Positions 25,435-39,884 are shown, counted from the first letter of the stretch. The stretch is DNA of 64,000 bases from Chiloscyllium plagiosum (GCF_004010195.1 NC_057718.1:22356963-22420962); one strand, 5' to 3'. Notes: generated by a model not told the origin, from the sequence alone. Program-made: numbers and translations.

Positions 25435-26095
25435 ACCACCAACTCTGTGCCCCTCCCAACGAACTGAACCTGACTATTCACTGCCTTGGTGTCATATTTG
25501 ACTCTGGGATATGTTTCCAATCGCATATCCACACCACCACTAACATCACTGATCTACCTCTCTTTAAGATTGCCTACCTCTTCCTCTGCATCAGTTCATC
25601 TGCTGCTGAAACTTTCATCATGTATGACTATTCCATTCTTGGATGGTTTTCCAGGTTGTACTCGCCATAAACTTGAGTTTATACGAAACTCTTCTGGCAT
25701 GTCCCTACTTGTACTAAGTCCTATTTATCCACCACTCCATGCGCACTGACCTAGATAGGCTTCTGGCTCAGCAGCATGTCAATTTTAAAAGGCTCATCAT
25801 TGCTTTCAAGTCATGATACAGCTTTCTCCCTCTCAATCTTTGTACTATCCTTCAGTCTCAAACTCTTCAAGGTGTCTGCAGTCCTCTAATTCTACCTTTA
25901 GATCATCCCCAATTTTAATTGCTTCACCACTGTAAGCTACTCCTTCAGTTTATAAGGCTCTAAGCTCTTGAACTATCTCCTTAATCCTTACCTCTCCAAC
26001 TCTCTTTCCTCCTTTAAAATATTCCTGAAAATTACCTCTTTGACCAAATTGTTAACATTTCACCCTAGTATCTCCTCGTGTAGCTGGGTACCAGA
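25435..26095 (+). mobile_element. L2-type LINE 3' fragment
   Basis: cttggtgtcatatttgac (LGVIFD-like), atctgctgctgaaac (SAAET-like), and the terminal ...tcctcctttaaaatattcctgaaaattacctctttgacc. Confidence 0.7.
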
Positions 26096-27279
26096 TTTTT
26101 TATTCTCTCACATTCATGAAGGAATGTACATTTGGACCAGTTGCAAAAGTGGGCCAGTGAGTATGGAGGTAACAAGTAGAGGTTTTGGTGAGGCCAAGTT
26201 TGGGAAGTTAGATGACATGATTTAGCAAAATTGAAGGAAAATCCAGTTCAGCTTGCTGACATCGAAGGTGCCGTGACTTTGTTTTAAAGTCAAATGTATA
26301 TTTGATACAGGTTGAAAATGTGTTACATAGACCTACTTAGAATCAATGTGTGAAGCTGGTTGATAGAAATGGGTCAGCTAGAATGCTGAAGGGACACCTC
26401 TGTGCAATATAATCCCTGCACGGTGCAATGGTGTTTATAAATACTTCAAACAATGCAACAATTTGTTTTGCTTTAGACAATGTTACATGAAGTTGGGAAA
26501 TGTAAATGTAAGTATTCTATTTAACATATAATTTTGAGCAATCAGTAACAAATGTGAGTAATCTACTTAATATAAATGAGCTAAAGACTGGTGAAATAAT
26601 GAGTAAAGGAATTTCAGTCAAATGTCTGCTGATCTGTTAAAAAGCTAAGCTGAGGGATTTTGCCAAGAAACATGTCAACTGGAACAATTCTTCATTGTAT
26701 TGTGTTTACAACGTGTAAGAGTTCCTCTGGTCTCTATGTGCAGCACTGTCAGTAACGCACAGAATATGTTAGAAATGTCAATACAGGTAATTTTCACAAA
26801 GGAGTCAGGACTCCTTAGTTCACATATTCCTTCTGGCAGGTTTAATAGACATCTCTGCTATTGTGACAAAACCATCAATCTGTTTACTTTAAACTTGAGA
26901 ACAGTGTGTTAAAAACACATGACAGAAAATGTTCATTTTTAATCTTGAAAGGAACCAAAGGTTCGATGTAATGGAAAACCTATTCTTCAGTTTCCTTCTT
27001 AAATGTTTCCAGAAATTTTTAATCAACTTGTTCTGATACATATCTGGTGCAAGTATGTCTTGAACGTGGGCAGTATGGCTCAGACGTAGAGATACCATAA
27101 AAAGTATTGATTACTTAGTTCCTTAATTTTTCAAATAATTATTATCAAAGTAAGTTTAAGTTGTCGCAGTTTGCATATTTTAATGATTTATTGTAAATAA
27201 GATGTATTAAAATTATGGAATGCCTCAACATTAATAACAAGAATGTGTTCAATTGTGTCTCTTTGCAATTTCCTTCTAG

Positions 27280-27354
27280 GACGGTTCATTATGAAGGTGG
27301 AGCAGTGTCCATTCATGCTCGGTCACTGTGGAGGCTAGAGATGCTGAGGGTTGC
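27280..27354 (+). CDS. RYR2: RYR2 exon 11-equivalent (75 nt): (R)TVHYEGGAVSIHARSLWRLEMLRV(A)
   Basis: tccttctag|G ACG ... GTT GC|gtaagt. Confidence 0.97.
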
Positions 27355-27760
27355 GTAAGTGACAAAAGTCATGATTTGCTTTAGTTGAATAAAAATGATG
27401 TGTATGAATATACATTTCAACTGTAAAGTTAAAAATGCGATTATTCAAAATTGAAGTCGTGTTGAAAGTGTATCAAGGTCATTTAAGTAATACAAATTAA
27501 TTGTAATCTGTGGGTAAATACTCGGTGGACAGAGGTGAGATTGTAACCATAATGTGGGGTGGATTTATTTACATCTTATTAGTAAACTACCATTCACAGG
27601 AGATTATCAATCGAGCCTATGGGAAATCTGGAATATATGGGAAGAAGGGGTAGATGTAGAAGACTTGGTGGATAAGCTGTTGGCAAATGCAAAGATTTTT
27701 CAGAGCCACGTGTTGTATTCATAATCCTCACACTGGAATTTGGAGAAGCAGAAAGAATTC

Positions 27761-28734
27761 CTTTCAAGCATTACACCTTTCATCAATAGATGGAGCGTAC
27801 GTGGCACACTTTCTGCTCTTAATGCCTCAAAATTGTGTAGCTGTCCTTTTTCCTTCTCAGGCACTACCTTGAGTTTGAGGATGACACCCTAGCACTCCAG
27901 TTTGATGGGTTCTGAGGTGGTTAGTAAATCTTTAGTCTTTGCCACATATAAGAGACAATTGGCACTTGGAGGGTTGGATGGATGAGCTGGTTGGAAATTT
28001 GCACACAGTCTGTCAAATCACTTCTGCATGTTGCTGAAGAAATCTCTTGATGTATTAGGTGCCTTCCCAGATGAAACTTCTCCATTTTGGTTGATTCCAA
28101 GTCAGAGTTTGGTTGGAATGTTTGATTTCTTCAGAGATGCTTTGAGAATATTGCTAAAGCATTTCTGCTGTCCTCTGGGAGTCTCCTGCAATGACTGATT
28201 TCCAAGCAGAACAGCTATTCAGGAGTCTGGTGACAGGCCTCTGAGAAATATATCCTGCCCAGTGGTGCTGACTTCGAATGATTGGCACTTTGATGGTGGG
28301 CATTGTTGACCTGGGAGAGGATGCTGCTGACTGATGGCCTCCAGATTTGGAGGATCTTGCAAGCGTATTTGCTGATGGTACTTTTCTAATGCTTGAGGTG
28401 CCTGTGGTAGGTTGATCTAGCCTCCAAAACATGTAGGAGCATAGGGTCTTTGTTCTCTGACCCTGTATGACCTTAGTCTCAGGTTTGTGATCCTGATGCT
28501 CAAATACTCTTGTTCTCATTGGAGATGATGATGGATTTTGTTGACTAGGTTTTCCATTGTTGAGACGAGTGTCCACTTTCAATCATTACACCTTTCATCA
28601 ATGGATGGAGTGTACATGGCACACTCTCTGCTCTTCATGCCTCAAAATTGTATAAGAGTCCTTCCTCTTTCTCAGGCACTACTTTGAGTTTGAGGATGAC
28701 ATCCTAGCACTCCAGTTTGATGGGTTAGGAGGTG
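27761..28734. repeat. 159-bp direct duplication (27761-27919 and 28576-28734)
   Basis: ctttcaa.cattacacctttcatcaat.gatggag...ctcaggcactac.ttgagtttgaggatgaca.cctagcactccagtttgatgggtt..gaggtg occurs twice, offset 815 bp. Confidence 0.92.
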
Positions 28735-29290
28735 ATGGAAAGTGATCCAAACTTTCCAGCATCTCGCCATTTAAATTAATTGTTTGGGGAGGGGATTGTT
28801 GGAGGAAATGTTGTGCAATGATAGCTGGTTGAAAGAGAGTATCGACTTTCCAGATGTTTTGAGAAAGCTTCAGAGAAAAAGAGTCACCTGAAGCTAAGTT
28901 TCTACATGAATTTGTACACCAGCATCATCAGCGTATTTGAGTTCAGTGACTGAAACTGGAGTGGCTTTGCTTTTGAAAGCAATTTGGATTGAACAGTTTT
29001 CTGTCTGTTATGTGAATTATCTCCAGTTCTTTGGGTAATTTAATTGAGGTGAGGTCCAGTATTGCAGTGAGGATGATGAAGAAGAGGGTTGCGCTAGGTC
29101 TGTGATGGTTCTGTTGGTTTACATGTCATTGTGGATGGGCAGAGAATGATGACAAAACCTCTGAGGGCAGCCAAATTTGAGAAATATTCTCCATATTCCT
29201 TCACAGGTCACAGAGTCTGAGATTTTAGTGAGCTTTAAAATGGCTAATTTGCTGCATGCTGCGTATCATGTCTGAGTTGCCTCGTGATGG
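27847..29290 (-). mobile_element. RTE-clade LINE fragment (decayed)
   Basis: Minus strand has RVFEHQD..PETK, QHHWAGYISQRPVTRL and LESLDHFP; RTE-type 3' end tctcaggcactaccttgagtttgaggatgac at about 27856. Confidence 0.75.
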
Positions 29291-29660
29291 GCAAGGAGCA
29301 TTTTGGCCATTGAAAAGACTTTACACTTGCAACGATAAGTGTCTCTTCACAAAGTCCCAGCATTAGTGCTGTTAGGGAGTATAAAATTTACTGCATAGAG
29401 TTTGTTAATGTAAGAATATAAGAACTTAAGAAAAAAAGAGCCATTTGGGCCATCAAATCTGCTTCATCATTCAGTAAAATCATGACTGATCTAATTGTGG
29501 CTTTAAATCTACTTTACGAAGTAACCCCTGTTATCTTAAGCTCATGTAGATCAAACAATCTGTTTATTACGACCTTGAGTATATTAAATAGCCAAGGCTA
29601 TACTGGTATCTATGATTTCCAAAGATTAATATCCCTAGGAGAAAAATTCCTTCTCATCTC

Positions 29661-29780
29661 TGTAGTGATTGAAACAATGTCAGCCAGGTGGATCTAATAG
29701 AATTTGAGTTCCCTGGTTGTGGTTGTTAACCTGGTTCAATCAAGGAGCACTGGCTGACAGATACAGTCAGGAGTGTCAGT
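29661..29780 (+). mobile_element. LTR-like repeat 5' fragment; an inverted second copy lies at about 31915-32031
   Basis: Starts TGTAGTGATT...cagccaggtggatct...tccctg.ttg...caatca.ggagc.ctggctga. The reverse complement of 31915-32031 gives the same sequence. Confidence 0.5.
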
Positions 29781-31327
29781 TAATTTGTCTGTAGGGCATC
29801 CAAGTTATCCTTGTGGCATAAAGCATCTCGTTTATCAAGTAGGTGTCAAAGCAGATTTGTCTATGTAATCTCAACTCCCTCCTTTCAAATACATGGCTAA
29901 TTGCTTTCAATTGTGGTATAATTTTGTTCTTGTCCTCTAATAGTTTATGCCAGAGAATTATTGCTGCTGCTTTTTGTGTGTCACAGTTTATCCTTTGTTG
30001 ATTCATTCAAACCATGAATTGGTATTAGTCCTGATGTCTTCAATATCACACCTTCATCTCTGGACTGGCTGGTTCTTCCCTGCAGTCCACCATTGGTCCG
30101 GCATTTTCTACATCAAATGGAAGACATTAAATGGAGGACAATCTGGATTGCAACCTGTCAAAGTGTGCCAACAGAGCCTTTATTTTCAATGCTACCCATG
30201 CTCTGTTTTCCCACAAGATGTGCTGTCAATGCTACAAAGACATGAAAACTATAGGAGTTCCTAAGAAAGGAAACACCTGTTTGTTTTAATCCGCTCTCAC
30301 AATCAGTCTCCTGAGTTATAAAGGCCTGCCATATTTGAGAGGGAATTTGGGGCTGCTGTTCAGTGTTTCCATCAGTCTTATTAAAATTGAATAAGTGTTT
30401 TTCAGCTTTTATTTGCTTTTCCTGTGAGGAAACACTTCTCAGTGAGATCAGGAATTTGCTTCAGAAACTGCGGACACAATGCAAGGCTACATTCATTTTC
30501 AGTTGAGGTCTTAATGCCACTTATTACATATCACCACTGATAGGCAAATTACTGGCAACTTGCACTTCTGTCATTTTACAGTGGAATAGACCAATAAATC
30601 AATGGGCTATGAACCACAGCACTGGACTGTTACAACGTTACTTGTTAAAACTCCACAGGCAACCACCAGAATTATGTGAATTTCAATAAACTGAATGATG
30701 AAAATGGGATATATAGCTGGCACTAAACCTAGGGACGTACCGCAGATAGTTTCCTTTAAATCCTTTGAGCTTGAAACTCAATTTGAGGTCAGTTGAAATA
30801 GATTGGTTCAGTGGGAAAATTATGCTATAAACAAAGTTCAAAAATGCAATTAATAAAAATGCTATGACAATAGTTGCATTGAGTTATGGGTTGAAACCTT
30901 AGAGAACTTTGTTATTGAAGAATGGTTTCTGTAATGGAAATTATGCAGCTGAAATATTGTAAATGATGGATGATTCGTTCTCATACATAGACACAATGAA
31001 GAAATTCTATAAATATGCCAATGGAGAATTCTCTGTTTGGTTTATTGACAAAGTTAAATATTTGTGCACACTTCACCATGTATATCTGGATCAAATAGAA
31101 TATGTTACTAATGAGGGAGAAAGATTTCCTCCAGTGGCGAACTGCACCAAACATTGCAAGTATATGGCAGTACTGTTTCCTGTCATTATTAGTTTGGTCT
31201 TCAATAACATATTTAAGACTTTGCTGAATGAAACAATTAGGAGCAGTCTTTCTACATTGCTTGTTAAGTTACTGACACGGTGTGAAGGGTTTTGTATTTT
31301 GATTTGCATCTTAAAAAAGAAGGACCC

Positions 31328-31588
31328 TCAGTGGTTGGCACTGTTGCCTCACAGCACAAGAGACCAGCCTTGGGTGATTGTCTGTATGGAGTTTGGATGT
31401 TGTCTACGTGTCTGTGTTGGCTTCCAGTTTTCTCTCCCAGTCCAAAGATGTGCAGGTTAAGGGGATTGGCCATGGGTAAATGTGAGGTTATGGGGCTGGA
31501 GTGGGTCTTGGTAGAATGTTCTTTGGAGGGTCTGTGCAGACTCAATGGGCCTAATAGCCTCTTTCCACAGTGTAGAGATTCTATGATT
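31328..31588 (+). mobile_element. Decayed HE1-type SINE
   Basis: tcagtggttggcactgttgcctcacagc ... tgtatggagtttggatgtt ... cagtccaaagatgtgcaggtta ... ttccacagtgtagagattctatg. Confidence 0.8.
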
Positions 31589-31801
31589 ACCCTTATTTTG
31601 ACAGAACTGGACTAGTAACAGGTTGATCTGGAGTGAAAGTTTGACAGCTAAATCTCCTTTCTGTTCTTGCATATTCATGCTGCAGGCAAGCTTGACCTGT
31701 GGAACCAGTGGGAGTGATTACAAGGAGGTCAGGGAAAGAATTGTGAAGGTGTTTGATGCATTCATCTGTCATCTGAAATAAACTGTGTACATATATACAT
31801 A

Positions 31802-31806
<5 letters not shown>

Positions 31807-31876
<70 letters not shown>
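31807..31876. repeat. Compound microsatellite (AT)13(AC)22
   Basis: Read directly. Confidence 0.97.
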
Positions 31877-31877
<1 letters not shown>

Positions 31878-32486
31878 AGCTAGCGCAGAGCCAGTTCCAC
31901 GAGTGAGGTGACTGTCTGAAACCCCTGTTTCTATCTATCAGCCAGGGCTCCCTGATTGGCCCAGGTCATAGCCCCAATCAAGAATCTCCATACTCAATGA
32001 GATCCACCTGGCCCTCGTTAGAATCACTGTACTTTCATAAACAATGGGCTGGATTTTGTGGGGCAGACTGGAGTCCCACCTAATGATTGGAGAACCTCCA
32101 TCAGTTCTGTGGAGGAGACCTGATGGAATCAATGCTCTCCCCCTTAATTTGGGTCCCTGGTGACTGAAGTACTTTTGGATAGTTAGAAGCCAGCAGCTAC
32201 TTTCACTGCCAGTGCCACTGGGATAATGACAGTTAGACAGCCCATCTGCTGTAAGGCTGTTGATAAATTCTGATAGGATTTATTGGGCTGCCACCTCAGA
32301 CCTGTATGGCTCCCATTTAATCTCTGACCCACCACTATATTGTGGCTGCATAGATAATTGCTAAGTCTAATTGATTATCCTGATAGTGGAGGCCAGAAAT
32401 CCTAAATCATTCCCATCTGCCCTCTGAGTTAATAATGGGAAATTTTGCTGCTGCAGAGAGCCTGACAAGGGGCCTATGATGATTAT

Positions 32487-33105
32487 GTTTGATTTGATTT
32501 GATTTATTATTGTCATATGTATCAAGATACATTGAAAAGTATTGTTGTGCATGCTACCCAGCCAAATCATAATTACATAAGTACTTCAGAGTGATAGAAC
32601 AGAATGCAGAATATAGTGTTACAGCTACAGAGAAGGTGTGGAGAAAGATCAATTCTAATATATAAGAGGTTCGTTTCTGTAAGTCTGATAACAGTGGGAA
32701 GAAGCTGTTCTTGAATCTGCTGGTACGTGTTTTCAACTTGTATATCCTCTGCCCAATGAAAGAGGATGGAAGAGAGTATAACCAGGGTGGGTTGAGTCTT
32801 TGATTATGTTGGCTGATTTCCTTAGGCAGCAACAAGTGTAGACAAAGTCAGTGGAAGGAAGGCTGGTTTTAGTGATGGACTAGGCTGTGTTGACAACTCA
32901 CTGTAATTTCTTGCCGTGTTGGGCAGAGCAGTTGCTATACCAAGCTGTGATGCATCCATATAAAATGCCTTCTATAGTGGATCTATAAAAATAGGTAAGA
33001 GTAATTGTGGACATGCCTTCTGAGGAAGTAGAAGCTTTGGTGTGCTTTCTTGGCTGTAGCATTGACATAGATAGACCAGGACAGATTGGTGATGATATTT
33101 ACTCC
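32487..33105 (-). mobile_element. Rex/Babar-like LINE 3' fragment
   Basis: Minus strand reads YKLKTRTSRFKNSFFP, with an (AAATC)n tail; same family as 56759-57142. Confidence 0.75.
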
Positions 33106-33109
33106 TTGG

Positions 33110-33215
33110 ATCTGATGAAGGGCTTATGCCCAAAACAAGCTGCTTGACCTGCTGTGCTTTTCCAGCACCACACTCTCGACTCTGATCTCTAGCATCTGCA
33201 GTCCTCACTTTCTCC
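33110..33215 (+). mobile_element. Short PLE-derived insertion with a partial hammerhead
   Basis: t, CTGATGA (33112-33118), agggc-ttat-gccc, AAAA, then an internal deletion, then ...ttttccagcaccacactctcgactctgatctctagcatctgcagtcctcactttctc. Confidence 0.8.
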
Positions 33216-34909
33216 CAATGGTGTTAAAATGTCTGGAGTTAAACTGTTGTGAGCCCTGATCCTTGTAGAGTACATTAAATGACATGGATCTAACCAAAAT
33301 GGACAGTCCACTTTTCAGTCTGTCTATTCAATGACCTGTGGTGGTTGGCTTTATATTTTGATCCTTGGTACACTTATCTCAATAAAACCTGGGTAAAGGC
33401 CTTGGATGTTTTCTTTTCATTGTTTATGGCAGCCTAAATGCAACAGGAATGCAGGAAACAGGACTATATCATTCCCAGTCCATATCCAGGTTATCACTTG
33501 AACAGCATTGAATTGCTGAAAACAATGCATCACTGCACAAATATGAATCACCTCATTATAAAACATTCTCATTCCTGTATCTTGTACCAGTCTCTAATAT
33601 AAAAGACTTCCAGAACTGGGCATCTTTGTTACCACCTGCAGTTGGCTTCTGACAATAGCCCTGATAGACTCTTCGATACCTAAATTGGTCATACGCCTGC
33701 ATAGCCCTTTTGACCAAATTCACCCCTCCCCATCCGATGTCCATGATGTAGTCAGGGAGTGGAATGGAGCTGGGAATCAGCCATGGGCTGGTGGTGCAAG
33801 ATTCCATGTCTGTCTCCATGCCATGCTGTTGATGTAAAAGTCCAACATGATTTGCTTGCTGTAAGCCTTGGCTTGTTTAAAGGGTAGTCACTATTATTAC
33901 TATACAAGATTCCAGTGATCCACTACCTGTAAGTACATGCATACACCTGTAAAACAGGATTAAGTGTATGAGGTCATGAGGTGTCACTTATTTATTCAAT
34001 ATGATTATTATTGCAATCTGTGCTGAGCAGTATCAGGTGTAACCGATACCATTTATTGTGTAATTAATGATATATTGACACTGGCATTTTAGTGAGGTGG
34101 GAATTCCACAACAAACCTCTGTTTGGCCCACTACATGCTGACCCATGTAACATGCAGGAATACCAACTAATGCTGGAGAACCACTAATTTGGTTAAAGAA
34201 GGTCTTTGGGCTGCACAGAATTTGCTGGTGTTGCCAAAATAGAACGTTTCAGACAACAAATCATTGCAGACTGGCACATTCCAAGGTCCAGGATAATGTA
34301 CTATGGGATGCAATGAAATTCAGGGCAGCTATCACATAGGTTCAATGAGGAAAGCGTACTGTTTGAGGCCCTCCTGCCACCCTGCACCAAAGGACTGGAA
34401 TCCATGTAAAAGCATTCAGGGCATATCCACTAGAGAATGTTTGACATGATATGTAAATATACATTGTGCTCAGAACCTGTGATGGTAATGCAGTGAGGTA
34501 TCTCATGTACTGTATGGATAGAAACTGGTCTGAATTGCACTCTCTCTCTATATGTCATCCAATATAAACTATTATGTTTTACAAATGTTATAGTTTTGGA
34601 AAAAGCAACTTGATCGTAATGGAACTAGATGGATTGAAACATGGATATTTCATGTAGAGAGGGCACTGTTTCTTTGTTAAAGTGCAAACAGTAACAGATG
34701 TGAAAGTAAGTTATATAAAAAGCCAACATTACATTGCAATGGAGCAACGATCTCTGAGCAGCATTGGAAACAAGATGATAAGTAAATCAGGTTACTTACT
34801 GTTGTTTGTGACTTGTTTGATTCATTCCCATTGACTGGGTGTTGTTTGTCGTTTCACTGACTTGATATTCATTTGATATTACATCGTGTGAAATAACTTC
34901 TCCTTCCAG

Positions 34910-35066
34910 GTGGAGTGGAAGCCATATCAGGTGGGGTCAGCCGTTCCGACTGAGACATGTTACAACAGGGAAGTACTTGAGCCTCATTGATGAGAAAGGC
35001 CTTCTGTTAATGGGCAAAGAAAAGGCTGATGTAAAAAGCACAGCTTTCTGCTTCAGATTGTCCAAG
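34910..35066 (+). CDS. RYR2: RYR2 exon 12-equivalent (157 nt): [52 protein letters not shown]
   Basis: tccttccag|G TGG ... AAG|gtattc. Confidence 0.97.
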
Positions 35067-38000
35067 GTATTCCAAAATACTTGTCAAGTGATCTGACTTA
35101 ATTAATGTGCTTGCTCAGCCTGTGAAACTGAAGCTATTTTGTGTATTTGTACAAATTATGAAATTAAGCAACTTAGACTTCAACTTAAAAGAGAAAAGCT
35201 CAAGAGACAATTTAGGCTTAGCTACTTTGCAAAGAAAATAGGAATTGCATGGATTGGATTCCACAAAACACCAGGTGTGAGCAAAAAAGGAAGAACTGAA
35301 TAAACAAACATAAGGCTATTCAGCCCTTTGAGTTTGTTCTACCATTCAGTGAGATCAGGGCTGGTCTAATAATCCTCAATACAACTTTCCTGCCCTTTCC
35401 CTTACTGATTAAAAATCTATCGTAGCCTTGTATATACTTATGGCCCCAGCCTCAACAGCCTTTTGCAATTAAAAAAAAATCCACAGATTCACTACCCTTT
35501 GAGAGAAGAAATTCCTCCACATACTGAAATTATGCCCTCTGGTCGGAGACTCTCCCATATGGGGAGACAATCTCTCAATATTCCATGACACTCACCTACA
35601 CTGTGTTTTGAGACAGACAGTTCCAAAATTGCATAAACCTTTGAGAGAAAAAATATCTCAATTTTAAAGCCAGCCCCTAAATTTGAAATAATGCCCCCCA
35701 AAAATGGACAGAAAATGAGTTATTTTCCAATGGTTAGATGTCTCCCTTCTGTCAATTTTGTGATCAGCATGGCAGTGTGAGTGCATTGAATAGAGGATGA
35801 GTTACTGCTTGTTCTCCAATCTGTTGTTATTGAAGCACATTAATATGAATGTGCCATATGTCACAGTAACATGTTGATTACAGTAGTTCTCCCACGCACA
35901 TCAGGGTGGCATTGTTTATGCAGGCTTCATCTGTAGTCAATGACTTGCCATCAATTAAAGTTTGGCCAGGTTTTTCCCCAAAAAATACATGTCAAAAACT
36001 CAATGAATTCTCTTAATTATTGCAAAAATTAACCAAGCATGCAGTTCTAAGATTTAGCACTGAAACCTTCCTCAAACGTCAATTGCAATCTCAAAGGCAG
36101 ATTGAGAGAAGGCCTGGTGACCTGTCCATTAAGTTTTTGCCTAAATTATGATGGTCAACTGAGACAACACCCAATGAAATTCCTGGCATTTATCTTTTTT
36201 CCAATTTATTCCTGAATTTAAATTTAATGCTTAACAATTAATTATCTTAAGTATTGAAAATGTCAAACCGCTTTGAGACTCTATCATTCATATCATTAAC
36301 GTACTTAATTTTTGCCCAAACTTATTAAAATAATTAAACCCTGCAAACTATTTTTCTTTTACTTGTTGAATAATTTATACACAGAGTGTTGCCTGTACAA
36401 TAATTGGTACTTTTCCCCTTTGCTTTTTGTGTTTCTTTTTGATGCAAACATTTTCTGCTGCTCTTAACGTGAAGGTGCATTCTTGTTGCATACAGGTTAA
36501 TGTATTCCTGTTGATCCCATATACCTCACACAGGCAGCCATTCATCACCTGAGAGGCAGCATCATTCAGTGTTGTCCAAAGTCCGATCTATTTTTCACTT
36601 AATCTCTGCACAAGCAGACTTGCAGTGGCCGTGGGGTTAATGAGTGCCTGCAGGAACCTCATCTGGTTTAGTCCTCTATATTATAGGAGTATTGAGACTA
36701 CAAGCATTGCGGTGACTGGGATTAATTCACATATTAGGACCTAGGGGTCAAATCATTTTTTAAGATCATATAAATTCAAGTCATAATTGATCTCATGTAA
36801 ACTTCAACTATCCTCACTGGCTTCGATGTTTCACCCAAAAATACTTACATTTTCAATTAGTTTATGGAGCAGTGTTGGGAACCTGTGGAGTACATTTTCA
36901 TAATTGCTGTTTTCTCATTCAGTGTCAGAAATGTCAGTGGATATCCTGGGACAGCTGTTTGGTGCTACATTCAGCACCATGGCCAGCAACTACCATCAGT
37001 GTATAATGCTCAGCATTATGGCAGTTCCAAAAGCCCAGCATGAATTTCAACCTCTTCAAAAATATTACTCATGTAAAAGTTGACCCTGTTTTGCCTGAAA
37101 ATTTATTCTCAAAAGCACAACTCTTTCATGTGTTTTTATATGGTGGTTCAGTTATCACTTCAGAGATACTGTTATTTGTCCACCGCAATTTTTCAAATAA
37201 ATTTTGGCTGTGATGCTGAGTTTGGTTAAGAATGTTGATGTTATGCCAAAAGCACTATCATTTTGCTGTGTTCTGTACAGTGGCTCTTAGTTCCTGAAAA
37301 ACAACAGTCAATCCAAACCTATCTTATTGTTATTCTGTAGGAACATTTTTAGGAGTGAGAATATGTTGGATATTGGGAGCTGTCATTTCACTTGTTGCTC
37401 GCAAAGAGGTCTTGAAACTGAGTTTTACAAAAGAATTGTATTTATTATGCTGTTCACAACCACTATACATCTCAAAGCACTTTACTGCTAATGAAATACT
37501 TTTGGATTATAATGATCATTGTTATGTAGCAAATGCACCAGACAATTTGCACACAATTCATTTTGAGGTGTTTTGGATATCCTGGCAGAAGGGGCAGTTC
37601 TAATGTTATCTGACCCTCTCTGTGATTATTATTTTGTAAATGTGCTGGGATCTCCTATTCTGAGGATAAATGTGGTTTAAGTTTAAAATGTCTGCTTTTC
37701 CAAAGTCTTGCAGATGGTGTGATTGGGGCTGTGGTTTAAGCTCTGACACTGCTGCTGAATAATTGTTGCAGAGGCCTGTGGGCAAGAATCAAAACCATGC
37801 AGATGTATTTGTCGCATCATTTTAAGGGCTTAAATCCTCTTATTAATCAATCCTTGCCTACTTTTATTATTTTTTCCCAATTCACCACATCTCCTGTCTG
37901 TCACCATAAATCCTGCAGGTATTGCAGACTCCCTTTCATGACAGACCACAGTCCTCTGTGGGTTTTTGCCTGATGGGATTTTACAATCGGCAGCTAAATA

Positions 38001-39286
38001 TGCAACAGGTCTAGCTAGCTCTCCGGTTAAAACATTCCTGTGCCGACGGCCTGGTTACATTGAGATGACTAACTGAATGCAAGTGAGGCATTTCCCTGCA
38101 TGCTATGACCATCAGAGGAAGGGAAGTCACACCATTGCTTGTACTCAATTTTGCCTGATTGGTAAATTTGGCACCACCAATAAATAAACTAATTAATTGA
38201 GTCTTACAAGTCCTCTGTTGCAGGTTTCTGGATCTGCCAGTTGGTATAGCAACCAGAGTGAAAAGACCATGACTGGCACTTGAGTCTTGCTCCCTGCTTT
38301 CTGGGAGCAGTCTGATAACATTTCTCAGTCATTTTTCATGCCTGAGGCCATATGTCATTTCTTCCCAGGGATCATCACAATCCTTCATTTGCCTGAGCTT
38401 TATGCGTGCACAGATTGACTAATATTAATAAGTTAAAGATCTGAACAAATTCATCCTCACACATGGCTGGAGTGCTGAAGCCAATAGTAATAACTCTCAC
38501 TTTCATCCTAGCTGTGAGCTAACTCAATGCATGAATTAAAGCATGGCCCTCTCCTGTTCTGTATAATGCAGTGCTATATTAATTCTTGCATTTATCTATC
38601 AAAATTGAGATTCAAGTGGGCTTCCAACATTCAGTGGTGCAATTTACTAGAAAATGTAAAGGGACAAAAGAATGTGGGAATAAAGCACACAAACCATTTA
38701 AAATCATTGGACAGGCTCAAAAATATAAACAAATCTCTAATAGAATATTGATCTTCATCCCAGGGGCCTAAATTACAAAGGAAAGAAAGGCATGTAACAG
38801 CTAAAATAACCTTGACCAGCTCCTCATCTGGAGTTCTGTGTTCAGGTAGATCCTTGTCTAGAGAACTGTGTTCAGTTTTGAAAGTGGAAATTCAGGAAAT
38901 ATTTTCTAGCCATGACTTTTACTATGTGATAACATGGCATAAAGATTTTTGTGATGAGAACAGAGAACAGGTCACATAAATGCACTTAGTATTATCTTGA
39001 GTTAGATAGGGTTTGATGCATTCAGTGGTGGCGATTCATCATGGACTTTGCCTAGAGGGAGAAAAGCAGTGAAAAATAGTAATACCTTGAAATGAATATA
39101 TTTGTCGTACTGGAACTCCATTTTGAAGTGTACAAGCTGAGTCAGACCAGTATGTGTCTTTTGCAGGTTTAACTGCTTTTTGTTAATGGTTGGGTAAAAC
39201 TAATGACTGCTGATGAAAAGTCACTAATTTGATTTGTATATTTGTGCAATAAAAAAATATTTAAAATGATATAATTCTACTTTCAG

Positions 39287-39451
39287 GAAAAACTGGATAC
39301 AGGAATAAGAAAAGAGGTAGATGGAATGGGATCTCCAGAGGTTAAATATGGAGATTCGGTGTGCTTTATTCAGCACCTAGACACTGGACTTTGGCTCACC
39401 TATCAGTCTGTTGATGCAAAATCAGCTCGGATGGGAACTGTTCAACGTAAA
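39287..39451 (+). CDS. RYR2: RYR2 exon 13-equivalent (165 nt): EKLDTGIRKEVDGMGSPEVKYGDSVCFIQHLDTGLWLTYQSVDAKSARMGTVQRK
   Basis: ctactttcag|GAA ... AAA|gtaagt. Confidence 0.97.
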
Positions 39452-39884
39452 GTAAGTCTTTTCTTCTGGATGTTGGTGACATGACTGCATTTCTAATTGC
39501 CTCTTTCCAACTTAAATGTTGGGTGTAGTTTAATGTAGGTGACGTGCTATAGGGCCAGTGTGGATCTTTCATAATCTATTTTTTTCTGGAAGGCCCAATG
39601 AATTAGGTTCCAATCTGGAGTGTGACTGGGTGGTGGACAGATGTTCATTAGAATCAAGGTCCCCAGACTGGGGAATTTCTGCCTGTAGATCATTGTGACT
39701 AATTAGAGGCTGTCCACTTTTCATTGTTTATCAGGGTCACTGTAGAGCTGGTGGCAGCTGCTGCTGTTAACAAGACCATTCAGAGGCTCAGGCCACAGTT
39801 TATTGATAACAGAAAGGAAAGCCATGCAGTGGCAGTCACTGGGGAGGTGTTTGGTGGTGGTAAAGCCCCCCATACCAGCAACAT

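Noticed and set aside
30963..31460. 165-aa ORF as a nested gene
   Set aside because: No recognisable domain; AT-rich intron sequence running into a decayed SINE.
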